A DNA stretch of 64,000 bases from Chrysomallon squamiferum (Eukaryota > Animalia > Mollusca), in the NCBI GenBank assembly GCA_012295275.1, contig CM022673.1, positions 15,996,001 through 16,060,000 on the forward strand, written 5' to 3'. Each line of letters starts with the position of its first letter. Positions within the stretch are counted from its first letter, which is position 1. The translations under genes and the position numbers were made by a program. The notes beneath the pieces were generated by a model, which was not told where the DNA came from, did no database searches, and saw only the letters and a program-made list of their open reading frames with translations. Of this stretch, positions 50,313-63,700 are shown piece after piece.

Positions 50313-50551
50313 AAGACTATGAACAGTAACGTCTCTCATTTATCTTCGTTTCATACTGCTCTGGTTTTGTATTAAAATTTGTTAATTTATTTATTTATTT
50401 ATTGTAGTGTTAATCTATTGAGATTTTAAAAGAACAATTTAATATATCTTTTTCTTGTTAGGAAAAGATCGAACAGATGCAGAAACCTAGAATAGACTCT
50501 TTGGAGGGCTTTGGACAACCTAATGAAGCAAACGAAAACGATCCATTGTAA
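41777..50551 (+). CDS. Ionotropic glutamate receptor-family subunit B; join(41777..41885,42845..43024,43202..43447,45580..45770,46013..46066,46472..46571,46884..47056,47387..47506,47740..47862,48228..48401,48617..49446,50015..50210,50462..50551), 861 aa
   Basis: Open 2586-nt spliced frame with GT-AG introns in phase. Motifs: VAIGP, LGW, GALG...RTNYTIDI, DPFVMKK..YVGFNIDLL, REELISFS, AYTANLAAYLT, ALLELKEQG, WWANG..C and M4 MIGVFIVL. Confidence 0.93.
41919..42447. repeat. Inverted-repeat structure: arms of about 130 bp (41919-42047 and 42311-42447) enclosing an inverted copy of 43427-43691
   Basis: The arms are near reverse complements. The interior translates to the same peptide as the 43.4-43.7 kb segment on the opposite strand (ORFs 42082..42432 versus 43325..43726). 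Confidence 0.9.
42845..43024 (+). CDS. iGluR-B exon 2 (ATD)
   Basis: ORF track 42784..43137; gacag acceptor, gtactg donor. Confidence 0.8.
43035..43098. repeat. (CT)n microsatellite
   Basis: Direct inspection. Confidence 0.95.
43202..43447 (+). CDS. iGluR-B exon 3 (ATD: GVAVAIGPY...SILPE...AVADIVHELGWTNVALLSQ)
   Basis: Typical ATD motifs; ttacag acceptor, gttaaa donor. Confidence 0.9.
45580..45770 (+). CDS. iGluR-B exon 4 (ATD)
   Basis: ORF track 45543..45794; ttgtag acceptor, gtaaaa donor. Confidence 0.82.
46013..46066 (+). CDS. iGluR-B exon 5 (AKRLHLLHHSIDWFITYP)
   Basis: ttacag acceptor, gtaaga donor, 54 nt. Confidence 0.85.
46472..46571 (+). CDS. iGluR-B exon 6 (...GSIYGLQL...)
   Basis: ctcaag acceptor, gtatat donor, phase 0 to 1. 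Confidence 0.72.
46884..47056 (+). CDS. iGluR-B exon 7 (LAIDVVGLL...C)
   Basis: ORF track 46748..47077; phase 1 to 0. Confidence 0.78.
47387..47506 (+). CDS. iGluR-B exon 8 (YDGALG...RTNYTIDI)
   Basis: caacag acceptor, gtaata donor, ATD C-terminal motif. Confidence 0.88.
47740..47862 (+). CDS. iGluR-B exon 9 (IG...LKVVTRQ)
   Basis: ttcag acceptor, gtacat donor. Confidence 0.87.
48228..48401 (+). CDS. iGluR-B exon 10 (S1)
   Basis: DDPFVMKKGNKYVGFNIDLL...QYG...GLVQELING. Confidence 0.94.
48617..49446 (+). CDS. iGluR-B exon 11 (S1 end, M1, pore loop, M3, S2)
   Basis: ORF track 48536..49561; AYTANLAAYLT. Confidence 0.96.
50015..50210 (+). CDS. iGluR-B exon 12 (WW..C, M4)
   Basis: ORF track 50001..50234; ttacag acceptor, gtaatt donor. 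Confidence 0.93.
50248..50309. repeat. (AG)n microsatellite
   Basis: Direct inspection. Confidence 0.95.
50462..50551 (+). CDS. iGluR-B exon 13 (cytoplasmic tail ending NENDPL)
   Basis: tcttgttag acceptor, phase 0, TAA at 50549-50551, AATAAA about 90 nt downstream. Confidence 0.75.
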   Translation, partial: EKIEQMQKPRIDSLEGFGQPNEANENDPL

Positions 50552-53500
50552 CTGAACTGAAGCCTTATCGTTTTCCTATTATATAAACTTATTCTAGACT
50601 TTCTTCTTACCGCAAACAGCATTTTACAGATACAAGTGAATAAAATCAAAGCAGTTAGGTTTGGCGAATAAAAATGTCTCAGGGTTTCAATATAGTAGGC
50701 CAAAATACATTAATTTCTTGGTGTCATAATAATTATGGAATATTTATCTTTTGTGCATTTATTGTAATTTTTTAATTTAAATTTTTTTTTTTTTTTTGGT
50801 TCAGCCTTTCTTTACCTAACCCTAGTCCGCATGCACACACACATACACACCATACGTGCTTTTCATGTCTTCACTGAATCCATTCCCTTTATCTCTTTCT
50901 CTCCTATCTCAACAGACATAAAAAGAAAAATAACATATAAAGCAAGCTCCTTGCATACCATTTATTTCTTTGGTATCATATAATGATAACAACATATGAA
51001 ACTGTAAATACATGACCAAACCTTTATGCAGAACAACTTTTCAAAAACAATACTTTTCAAATACAAAATGATAATTTCTAACAATTTCTGACAATACATA
51101 TACTGAATTTAACATGCATAGAAGTCCTTTAAAAGAATGAAAACTATTTTTCAAATAATTTAAAACAACAGTGTATAACAACATATTAAAAAGTCTTCTT
51201 AGACATTTTTTTGCATTATTTCTTAATTCACTAAACTTTCTTTAACAGTTAAATGAATCTGACAATTAAAAAAAAAATAGAAATAAAATAAAAAATATTT
51301 TTATAATGGTTACACTTTGGGGAAAAACATTTTAACAAATTTGCTTTAGTATATGCTAGTAAAGATACTGAAAATATGTTTTGTTGTTCTTATTTGAATA
51401 AAATAATGCTTCAATTCTGTCCATCATATTTTACAAATATTAAAAATTTCACTAAGACGATTTGAAAATAATTACAATTCTTAAAGATATCTCCATATAA
51501 AATGAATTTCCAAAAACCATGAAAAAAGGGTTTTTTCTTCCTTTTTTAAAATTATTAAACTATTCTACTACTACCCATTAAATGGGTTGATGTCATTTTT
51601 TATTCTTAGCTAAAGTGCAGAGAAGTTATTGAACAAAATAAAATAATAAAGAATAATACAAATTTATAAACGAAACAAAATGTAAATTACAACAAAATTA
51701 ACATATTCAAAAAGAAAGGATTATAAAAAAAATAATAATAAAATAAAAGAATATATTTTTTAAAATCAAAAACATTAAAAAAAGGAAACAAAACTATATT
51801 ATTTAAAGCAAACTCTTTTATAACTTGTTAATGAAGAATTAAAGAAAAAATAAACATTTCAATAAAAGCTTCAGACTGTTTATGTAATAAAAACATGGCA
51901 AGATAAAGTTCTAATAATACAATACAGACAACTGTAATCATATATGCTTAAATATATATATATTGGTATATTTAGTTACATAAGCACGAAACATAAATTT
52001 CTAAATTTCAGTTTATTCTTTTTTGCCAGAAAAGCAACAAATCTGTGATAATTATTAATAATTTCATTTTTTTTTTTTTTTAAATTAAATATTGCCAGTT
52101 TTAAAACAAATATTTTGTTCCAATTATTCTGTCACATTTTAAAAATATATTAACTAGTGCTGAATATCATAAAAGTTTTATATTCAGTTTATCGAATAAA
52201 AAAAAAAAAAATAATTAAAACGCATACTCATATAGTCAAGCAATGAATAACAAATCTTGTACAAAAAGTATTCTCTATACACAAACATATTTAATAAATA
52301 TATATATGTAAGTTATATAGAGCAAGAAATTGAAAAGTTTTAATCATTTTGAAGTTCATCAAGTTAAATGGACTGATCCTGACAATTATGCTGATTTTCT
52401 TTTCAACAATGTCTTTACTTGTGGAATGTAAACATGTTAAAAAAAATTAAAATTAAAAATTAAAAATAATAAATAAAATAATAAATTGTTAATAATAATA
52501 ATAATTATAACAACAGCAACAATAAACAAATAATTAAATAAATAAATCATAAATAATATTTTTAATATTTTGAAGTTAATGAAGTTTGAAAATTATGAAA
52601 AATTCAGGAAGCCTCTAGTTTTATTTTCCACTATACACTTTAAAAAAATCAAAAAACAAAAACACATCAACATCTTCAGCTCATAACAGATTTTACTTAG
52701 CATGTTCACAATAAATTCTATTTAACACATGGCTAATGAATTTTAACTAGTAACAATAATTAATGATAATGCTATTATGATGAAATCTGTCTGAAAAATC
52801 TGATCCATTTTACTGCAAGCATTAAGATAGGCTAAACATCCTTTGTTTTGAAATTATGTTTTTCAAAACCCTCAAAACACCACATTTCACTGAGGCAAAA
52901 TAAGCCGGTAGTCTGTTAGGTTAACGACCTTAAAGAGGTCAGAGATAAAAGCTGACATACAATTTCTGAATTGCTTTGCAATTTTTGGAGATTTTTGGCA
53001 CCAAACATTTTCAGTAGGGATCTACACTAATACTAAAATTCAAGATGTTCTTTGCGTTAATTAAGAGAAATGAAATACCTTAATTTATATAACAAAATAA
53101 TTATTTATATAGAATAAATAATATCAACTCTGCAAAATACTGATTTTTATCAAAATTATTTTGTCACATATTAATGAAGTAACTAATGAATTAGTAACAA
53201 AATGAGAAGATAACTTTATCAAGTTCATTGTATTTGAAACTTATACGTTGTAAAGTGTATTTTTGGCAGCTATGAAATAACTGGTTTGTTGACTCTTATT
53301 TTTATATCTTTTCTTTTGAAAACATTAATATTAATCTTCCTGAATTAGTTAACAACAATTTCAACTATAACTTTTTTTCTAATTGTTGGTTTCATTTTTG
53401 GAAAAGAGAGTTTTTTTTGTTTTTTTTCTTTAATACACTTGATAAAAAAATTTAAAATCATAAAATTTCTCTTATTTGAATTTTCAAAAAGAATTAACCA

Positions 53501-55494
53501 ATTCAGTCACCATGAATGCTGATTTTGAAAACTAACTTTAAAAATAATAATACAACAAAAAACTTTAAGGATGGTTAATCATGTTGAACACAAATATTTA
53601 CAAAAATAACATTAATTGAAATAAGCAGACCATATTAATAATAATTTCTCACCCAAATAATCACAAAGAAAGAAAACAAAACAAAAGAATGAGGAAACAA
53701 AATACTACATAAATTCTGATGACAGCATGCTGCAAGCATCATCTATAGATAAGACATTTATAGCTAAATCATTACATACGGTCTATCTCACACAAACACC
53801 ACTCTCTCGATTCCCTCCTATCTTTAATGTAAATGCATACACACAAGATGTTAGAATAAAATATAAATTACATAACTAGAATCTTACACATCATTTTCTC
53901 CACTAAAATTAAAAGGATCACCAAGCTGTTTACATTACTAAAAGGTTTTCATGGTTTAATTTTAAATAGCCTGGCTTAAAAAAAAAAAAAAATTAAATAA
54001 TTAAATAAAAAATTTCTATTACTTTAGAATTAGAAGCTATAGAACGGATTTTAAAAAAATATAGATTTAAACCAAAAAAATACAGATTTAAAAAAATGAT
54101 ATGAATATGCCATTTTTAAGAGAATGAGAATTATAATTATTGCTTGTGTTGTTTTAAAACATTATAATGATGTCCAAGGTTTACTTAATCAAAATTTGTC
54201 TATAAAAATATTTAATACTTTACTCCACTCTCTAAGAATTCTATATTATCAGAATTTCTGAAAGCAGTCAAACTTAAAAGTCACCAAAATGTCTAAATGT
54301 GAGAATGTCACAAATTCTAAATAAATGTCATTAATTCAAAAACTGAAGAAATTTCACCTGCCTAGATGTCAAAAATCTAAAGGCCTATGAAGAATAATAA
54401 AAAAGGTACCTTACCATGCCTTCAATGAAATATAATTATATATACGTTACACCACTTCGACTCAGTGAGGTATAAATATTTCATGCCACTTTGCCATTTT
54501 ATCTACAGATTTGTGTAATTATTAACTGATATCAAAGTAAAACATCAAGAGATTAAACCAGTTATAACAATCAAATATCCAACATAAATATTACACAATG
54601 TACATGTTAGACCATATTTATAGATTCAGTTACATAGCTCCTCTGCTGAATGGATTTTACAGTGAAAAATATTATTTAGATATTATAAATAAATTTTAAA
54701 TATTTTACTTTTTTTTAGATCTATATTGTCCACATTCTTAAACCTTGTTTTTAAATCTTTAAAGAAAATATTGCTGCCATGAATAAGTATGTGTTTTGCA
54801 TTAAAACAAAAATTAAGAAATTAAAACATGACAGTTTGTAAATGAAATCAACAGTCAAAATTATTAGATAAAATTGTTTGTATTGTTTGTCCAATTTAAA
54901 TCAATAAAACACTGTAACAAAATGCTATATGTCTAAAAGTTACCAAAACACTTTGCCAGGTTACATAAATCTATTCTTAATTTAAATAGGAAAACATAGA
55001 AAAAAAATTAATAATAAATTGAACTGATATAATTATAGTAATCTAATTTATGATTTAAAAGCAACTGAGAATATTAATATTACAGTATGTATATACTCAT
55101 ACAAACTGACTGTTAAGAGAAAAGTAACATAAACAAACTAACCTGATATGAATGAATAAATTTAGTTAGCAAGAGCAGAAAAGTTACAGTGAAATCATTA
55201 ATCTTGTAGGAAATAAAATTATAATCTACTTTACTCCAAAAGTAAACCCATACACATGACTTGATAGCTAACTCCATAAGAACAAAAATACTTTATATAA
55301 CATATACACAGTTGAAAATGAACAATCTTTAATGATGCAACTCAACAAACTCAGTAAAGTTTAAAAAGGTAGTTGTAGTTAAAGGGATGAATAGACTACC
55401 TTGGTACATTATTATTATTATTATTATTCTTACTATTATGCAAAGATGCACAGGCCATTGCCACACTGTATCCTTAATTTAAAAAAATAAAAAT

Positions 55495-56086
55495 TCATGG
55501 AGAGTTTTCTCCCTTTGAAGGAGAAGACATAGAAGCAGAGGAGTTGCCATTTCTGTTTTCGACTGATTTTTCTGAATTCCCATCATTTTCTTTATCATTA
55601 TCATCATTCTCTTTATCATTATCATCAATTTTGCTATCTCCATCTTTTTTATCATTTTCATCATTTGTGTTAATGTTATCATTTTCTTTATTATAATCAT
55701 TTTCTTTATCATTATCTTTGTTATCATCATTATCATTTTTATCATCATTTTCTTTTTCATTATCTTCATTTGTATTATCATTTCCGCTATCATTATCTTC
55801 ATTCTCATCATTATCATCCTCACCGTATTTCTCACTGACAATCTGTTTTATCTTCTCTGTGCTGGACTCCTTGGCTACGTTGTTTTCTTTGCTGGTTGTT
55901 TCTTTCACATCTCCGCTTCCAGACTCTGATCTTTCCCGAGACTTTTTCTTCCCTTTCTCATCAGAGGAGGACTTAGATGGAGATTTTTCCTTGGATTTTG
56001 ATCTGTCACGAGATTTCTTCTTATCCTTTTTGGGCGATTTTGAGCAAGATGATTTTGAGCGTTTTCTTTTGTGATTATTGCCATCT
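55495..56086 (-). CDS. Terminal exon of the RS-domain protein: K/S/R-rich segment, then an acidic D/N/E-rich tail (...GENSP stop)
   Basis: cctcag acceptor, phase 2, open to TGA at 55497-55495; includes ORF 55495..55908. Confidence 0.8.
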
Positions 56087-56679
56087 CTGAGGATGAAGAA
56101 TTCAAAGGAAATTGTTTTAGTATATCTCTGTATATAATTATAATTTTTTGATTACTGTTAAATTAACTTTTTAAAGAGGAAAGTAAAAACAATCTAAATA
56201 TTCTTGCACTGCCATGTAGTGTTAAAACTTTTTTGTTTCTTTTATTAAAACATAAAACATTACTTAATTTATTTACATTTTATGGCAAAAAAGGTTTTGC
56301 ATGTTTATTTCTTTTGGATTTTTATTTTTATTTGGAGATTTTTAAACCAAAAAAATTAAAATTCATACTTTTAGTGTGTTTTTTTAAGTGTACATCTGTT
56401 CCTAACAACAAAAACCGAGATGACAAACTACATGTAATGATAACTTAATAAATTAACTGATAATTTGTCACTTTATCACAATAAATAATATACTTCAGGG
56501 CAATTTTTTAATATTATTAAATGTGTGCATGTGTGTGTGTGTGTGTTTGTTTTAAAAAATAATGTGCATCAGTAACGATCTACAGTTCAGTAATATAACA
56601 ATAATAATAACTATGTGGTAAATGACAAAGCTTGAGGTAGATATTTTATAAGTGACATGACATGGTCTGGGTGAAGTAC

Positions 56680-56754
56680 CTGCTGCGACTTCTGCTTCTA
56701 GAATAGGATCGTCGTCGCCGTTCTCGTCTTCGATCCCTTGACCTTGACCTTGAT
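56680..56754 (-). CDS. RS-domain exon (RSRSRSRDRRRERRRRSYSRSRSRS) of an SR-type splicing factor; upstream exons lie beyond the window
   Basis: tttcag acceptor, gtactt donor, 75 nt, phase 2-2, pure RS dipeptides. SRDRRRER recalls SRSF3/7, but no RRM is visible to confirm this. Confidence 0.8.
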
Positions 56755-59269
56755 CTGAAAGGGATGGGTTTATTAATAAAACTGTAAAATGTGAATAAAA
56801 ACTGACTACCTTTACAACAGCTATGTATTTTAAGACAATACATCAACAACAATTATAATTAAAAACAATATACTTCATTATTACTATGAAATAAAAATGA
56901 GATTATATATATAAAAACACACACACACACACACACACACATATGCACAATATATATAACTGTAGTGCAAAGGTCTAGATAATATATATACATCTATTTT
57001 TAAATCAAAACAAAATAACCATTTAACCATTAGGAACAACGTGCCAACAAAAATGTATGCAAAAAGTGAAACAACCCAAAACCACCAAATAACAAAGAAA
57101 AGAACAGCATGCATGGTGCAAAACATGGTTATTTCCCAGGATAGTAGAGTAAACCCTTTGCAAAGCAGATAGTGAAAACACTTTACGGTTAACTGAACAA
57201 ATACGGGTGAGATTTAGAAATAGTCTCTACACACATCATTAGTTTTGGTTATTGATATCAATATACAACGTTAGCATTTGTGTATTAACAACATTAAATA
57301 AGATAAATATAAATTTGTTAAGGTTATGAAATATATTCATAGCAGTGTTTACATCCTGAATGAAACACAAAGTTAATACAGACTTATGAGACTGTTCTTG
57401 TATGTTGACTATCTCATGATAAATAAATAAATAAAAATATATAAAAAATAAATTTAAAAAATTATAAAAAAAATAAAATAAAATAAAATATACCAAAATA
57501 AAATAAAATAAAATAAAATTTAGCCAAATGATCATTAAAAAGTTATATGTTCATCATTATTAAAAAATATAAATAAATAAAATCACTGATTAATGCTGTT
57601 TACACATGACCATTAAAATGTAACAGACAGTAACCATCTGATTGCCTGGTATGTACAAAAAATCTGAATACACTTTTTCACAATAGTATTTAAACCATTT
57701 ATCTGGTACTATTGATTTTACACAATACCTCCTGAATTTTTTATTTTTTCATTATTATTAAATGTTTTTAAACTGGACAATTTCTAGCAGATAAAAAATG
57801 CTGTTTCAGGCTTTTCTATATTAGCATAAATTTTAAAATCAGTAAAACTTTTTAAAATGCTATTACTGTAATCCTCATAAATTAAAATAATAATTTTCAT
57901 TTCCAGATCATAATTTTTTTTTTCTTTCTCAAAAACTTAAAAACATTTAAAAATGTATTTAAAAATGCAATACTTATGCAGATGTCATGAATGTTTAACT
58001 ATATTACACTATTAAATGATGATTTATACTCTACTGTGGTAACCTGATAATTCAAGCACTTGTTATTTTATTTTATTTGTTTTATAGCATAATTAACAAG
58101 CATGGTAGATTCTTGTTAAGTGGAAAATCCATGAACTGTGGTCCTATTCACTGAATATCTACAGTAGACATTAGAAATGAATTAAAATACTTATGTAGAA
58201 CATAATTAAAGTTTGTAATATGTATTAAAAAAAAAAATTATTCGTGAATAGTGTTGTTGGCAATACATTAGGAATGAATTAAAATAATATCATTTGTATC
58301 AATAACTGTGTGGTATGACAGTATCAGTAGAAAAATTCAACAACATCAGTCATAGTCAAAGAGCTATCATTCTGTACATATCAGTTCTGTTTGTGTCACT
58401 GAACCCCTCCATGCCAATTTGTTTTTATGCAATAAATCTGATGTTTTAATCTAAATTTACACTGTTATTTCTGGCAACCCAAAAACTTGGAAATTATTCC
58501 TATAAATTTACAATAAAAAAATTCCTAAAGAAATGAAATCCTACCAAAAAACAATTTTGATTTATATATACTTTCCTGTCATTAAAAACCCATACCATAT
58601 TCTAAATTCATGTAAAACAAACAAAATATATCTCTAAATTTACATATTCATTAAATGCCAATACTAATTCTAAATTTACATATTCACTGTCAAAACCTTC
58701 AACTAAAAACAAGGTGAAATCCCAGCCCTCCATCTGACTTTGTTTATCTCAGACAGTAATAAACAAATCTGTCATTAGTTTGATGTGCACAAACATGTTT
58801 AAAAACTAGATATTTTGTATCAACCATTATTTCTGTTAACTGATCATGCTGATACACATATGGTGTCCTAAATTCCTAAAGAAACATTAACCTGCATTTA
58901 ACATATTCAGTTCGCATAATAAAATATCTATAAATTAGATATACCGTTTACAGTAAGAAATTTTAAATATTTATTTTGATGAAGTTTTAATGGCATGCCA
59001 ATTTGTTTCATGTTTAATATTTTTTACTGAATTTTTAAGCATGTACATCCATCTATATACACCAGTGTTAAATTTAGAATCGTTACCATTAATCATTATA
59101 CAACAGTCAGATTCATTAAGTGTAACTTAATACCTTTTTTCATAAGCAAAAGTTAAATAATGATCTTTGTCTTGTTGATGTTAGCTCTACATAAGCAAGT
59201 GATTTTATTTAGTGTTGCCCCTGCTTTATGTAAGAAAGTGTCCAAAGGTTTCAGTCTATGTAACATATG

Positions 59270-59307
<38 letters not shown>

Positions 59308-60685
59308 TACACTTATTACACTCATTTACTTAAAAAATGTATTCATGCATCAATCTTCAAATATACAAATATATAAACTCTCTTTTTCTGTTTGTTTTTC
59401 TTTCTCCCTGTCATTCTCACATAAATAAACACCCTATCCCAACATACACATCCATGCAGTGAGATATATATATATATATTTCTATATATATATATACAGA
59501 TATAGATATAGATATAGATACACATATATAAAAGTGTTAAAAAGAACACAAAAATAAACACCACAATTTTAAAAGTGAAACACCAGGGATATTAAGCATG
59601 CTCACAAGGGTTAAACTCAACACATTAATAATTAAGTATATACATTTAAAAAATAAATACTTGATTCCTTTAAATTATTTTGCAAGCCACTATAAGACAT
59701 GCATCAACAAGAATAAATATATTTATTTATTTTAAGACTTTTGACTAAAAGATGAAAATTATGAATAATTAAGCACCACCTGTTTTTAACTACAACATAA
59801 AACCTGAAACCAAAATCTTAAGAATTTGGCCTTCATGTGCAAATCAACTGACTAATATACAAACAATTTGAGTACAAAACCTAACAGCAGAACTAACTAA
59901 AGATTTTTCCCAATACCTCTGCATATTTCAGTATCAAGATTTTTTTATTTTTTTATTTTTTAGAACTTATTGGCAGGAGTAGGAAATGAATGCTGTTTAA
60001 TATTTTTGAAAATAGTCTAGGTTTTGTAAATTAGCTTGTAACATGGTCAAGGAGGTAAACAGCCTGACAGTATTAACAATTGTCTGTCAGCTCAGAGTAT
60101 TACAGTTATGCAGTATGTCAACAAAATAACAATTCAAATTACTTAACAGTACTTACAACCCCGTTAACAAAAATAAATAAAAACCCAGTCACCTAATGCA
60201 GGCAGTAAAAGCCTTGAAATGTTTAAAATTAAAAACGTTAATTAAATAAATACTCTAAAAAATGTAACAGAATATACCTTTACTAACGGAACCTTAAATA
60301 TATTAATGTTTCAAGTAATTAAATATTTAGTTTCAGTCATATTTTAAATCATCACTTTGTGTACAAACCTCAATATTAACTCTCTATTCAGCAGAAATAC
60401 TTTTAAAATAAAAAATTTTGAAACAATGAGATTGTTAGAAACAAATAACCAATCCTCGTAAAATTAGAAACTAGTAAAGATACCTTTAAAAAAATATATA
60501 TATTTTCTTCGTTTTTCCTTTCTAGAACTGCTAAATATACAGATTTCAGTGAAACTTCTTGAAGAACACAATGGTGCAATTCCTTAATAATAAAACAAAC
60601 TTAAATTTTTTTTTTTTTTTTTTTAAACATCTACATTTTCAAGTTCTGGCAGTATACATTAATCAAAAGGATAAAGCAAAAATTT

Positions 60686-60731
<46 letters not shown>

Positions 60732-63700
60732 CAAATATCTGCAATATTTTTTCTTAAATTAAAAAATAAATAAAAAGAAAGTAAAATCACAGAAAAATGT
60801 ACAAAGACACATACAATTTTCATCACTATGCATGGCTATCTACATTAAAAATTAATACGTACCTGACCAGTGTAAATGTTAGGTGATTTAAAAAAAATTT
60901 TCACTGATGTAAAAATTAAATGCAAAAGGCGAACCTGTTGAGAATTTCATCTTTGCTCCATAACAATTCCTTGGTGTTCACACAAACAAGCCAAGTGCAG
61001 AACAACCAATCAGACGGCCTCATCATCATCATGTGACCATACACACCATTTGCCATAACAAACTGCCCTTCACCATTTACAGATCAAATCATAACCATTT
61101 TACCTGATCAATGAAAATATTGCAACAAGTCAACTGCTGTACAGAAACAAGAAAATTTTACACAATTTCTCGTTATGAGGAGAAATTCTTTTTTTAATTT
61201 ATTTTTATTTGTTGTTTTTGTAGTTTTTTTTGGGGGGGGAAGGTTTCAGCTTCGTAAGGAAAAGAATTTATGGTATTATTACTAATGACATTTTGAGGAT
61301 TTTGAGGATTAGTTAATGAGGCTACTTTTATTTTTGTTTCTAGAGATACTCCAACATAAACAGAGCATGAGTGTATTTAAATTTTGGTTACACACATTAC
61401 TTCTCTTTATAGTTTTTAAAATTAATAAATAAATATTATTTTGCTTTCAGCAATAAGATATTTGGAAAGAATCAGCAGCATATATCAGATAAGATAATAC
61501 CTATTATTTTAAACTTTATTTTTATTTTAATTTTAATTTTTTATTATTATTAATTTTGATTGTAGTAAATGGGGAAAAAATAAATTTTGTCTCATTTAAC
61601 TGGATGTAACATCAGATAAAATGAAGAACTATAATTGCTAGAACAAACAAAAAATTAAATAAAAACAATCAGTGTCTAAACTATTTCATCATTAACAAAT
61701 AGGGACATATTCTTACTATTGATTTTATATTTATATATATATATAAACACAGAATTATTTTAATTTCCAGTCAACTGGAAACTGACATATAAATTTTTAG
61801 TTTTGTTAGGGTAAGCGTATCTGTCATGACCTCTTAGCAGCCTTGGTTATGACAGTGGTTTACTGTTAGCAGATCAGCAGGTGAAGTTCTTCTGAACGCC
61901 ATATCACTGATAAATGACTAGACTAACAATCTGCTTAACAAAATGTCAGTCACAAGATCTGTGTCAGTGACAGGCAAGGTTATTAAACAATGATAAAGTA
62001 TGAATATAAACACCAGTTTGTTTGATGTGTACCAAAACAATACATAAATCAATACTGAATACTAAATTCCTGCATGATATGTAAAACTAGTTATGATAAA
62101 AATTATTGATATGCAAGCAGCAGATGGACATATAAAATGAAACCAGTATAGAAATATTTCACATCATAATGCTGTGAATAGAGACAATAGTTTTTGGAGA
62201 ATGATTTTGAATTGTGTTTAAACTAAATTAAGCAAAGTCAGGATTTATGTCAGAAGGTCAATAGTCTATCCTTACACTGTACTGGGTTTGGATAAAAAAA
62301 AATTAAAAATGGACAAAAAACATATATATTAAATTTATTTCCCCCCCCTTATGGTATTTTCATCTGCATGTTAATGAATTCCATAAAATATCCAACCATA
62401 TATCAAGGGGTTAGAGCCAGGAGGTCTTAAGTGCATATAAATACATGAGCACTTAAGATCTTCTGGCTATAACCACTCAAATTATGTATGCTCTATAATA
62501 TACCAATTCACATACTTCTAATAAAGAATAACAGACTTGTAATAAATGCAGCATGTGTACTAAAATTGAATAATTTTACCAATGTATGAAACAGTATCAC
62601 ATTATTCTAATTTATTTTTAAAAGTTATAGTAATGAAAAAAAAAGTAAAGAAAAGCATGAATGACACAGATATATCAGTTTAGGGATCTTTTATCAACAG
62701 CACATTCATTAATGTTTATCTTTTTCTCCCACCCTCCCATATCACAGATGTCACACCAGTATGAATTGTATTGTATTTTTTTTTAAGTAAAAAACCAAAA
62801 CACATTTCTAACATAACTATCTATCAAAAGATTTTTTTGAGGGGCTGAAATCATTTTTTTGAATTACAATAAATATGAATAATAAATGTAGGAATTATGC
62901 AGGTAACCGAAGCAAACTGAAAAGGTAACTTAAAAAAAGTGGTAGAGACTATTTCATAAACAAAATTATATAGAGCATAACAAAATATGAATAATGTATT
63001 GCATTTGTATTCAAACAAAGCTTTATGTGGGTGGTTGTTGTTTTTATTGTTTCTGGAAAATATATAATGTAGTAAATTGACAGTGAACTTTTTATGTAAA
63101 ACAAAACATAATAAAATAAATAAATCAATAACAAACCCAACTCATTGAAAGTGATTTGTTGTTTTGTTGTCTTTTTGATGGAAAACAAATTTAGTTTTTG
63201 TTTTTACTTTAATAAAATACTTCTGCATTTATGTAATTTAATAAACTGTGTATTTACCATTATTTTATCAATTTATTTAGCACTGCTTTATATGCTTTAA
63301 ATAAAAAATACTAAAAAGATGTATTAAATATCAACAAAATGCACTAGATTTCAAATTGCTACTTTAGCATAGCAATCTAACTGTTTTACTCCAATTACAA
63401 ATTCTGTTTTGCAGACTTAAATTTTTCATTCAGAAATTGGAATGTTTTAGATGTATGAATCAGTTTTAATTATTTTTTTTCTTTATGTTGAATATACATA
63501 TACAAATATTCAAAATATCTGTTACTGTAAAATGGATATCTTTTAATTATTTTTTATTTTATCAATGCAGTTAAGTGAATGTAAGTGGATTCTATAATAA
63601 TTTAACTAACTTAGGTGGATCCTTGGTATAAAAATTTTAGTTTTTTAATATTTATTTTTCAAAACAAACACAAACAGAAGTAAAGATGAACAATGAAACA

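Noticed and set aside
55479-56105. Overlapping ORFs 55479..55841, 55718..56074 and 55905..56105
   Set aside because: These are alternative-frame or antisense shadows of the low-complexity terminal exon.
57120-57250. Possible intronic C/D snoRNA in the SR gene (atgatgt C-box-like on the minus strand)
   Set aside because: No properly placed CTGA D box or terminal stem was found.
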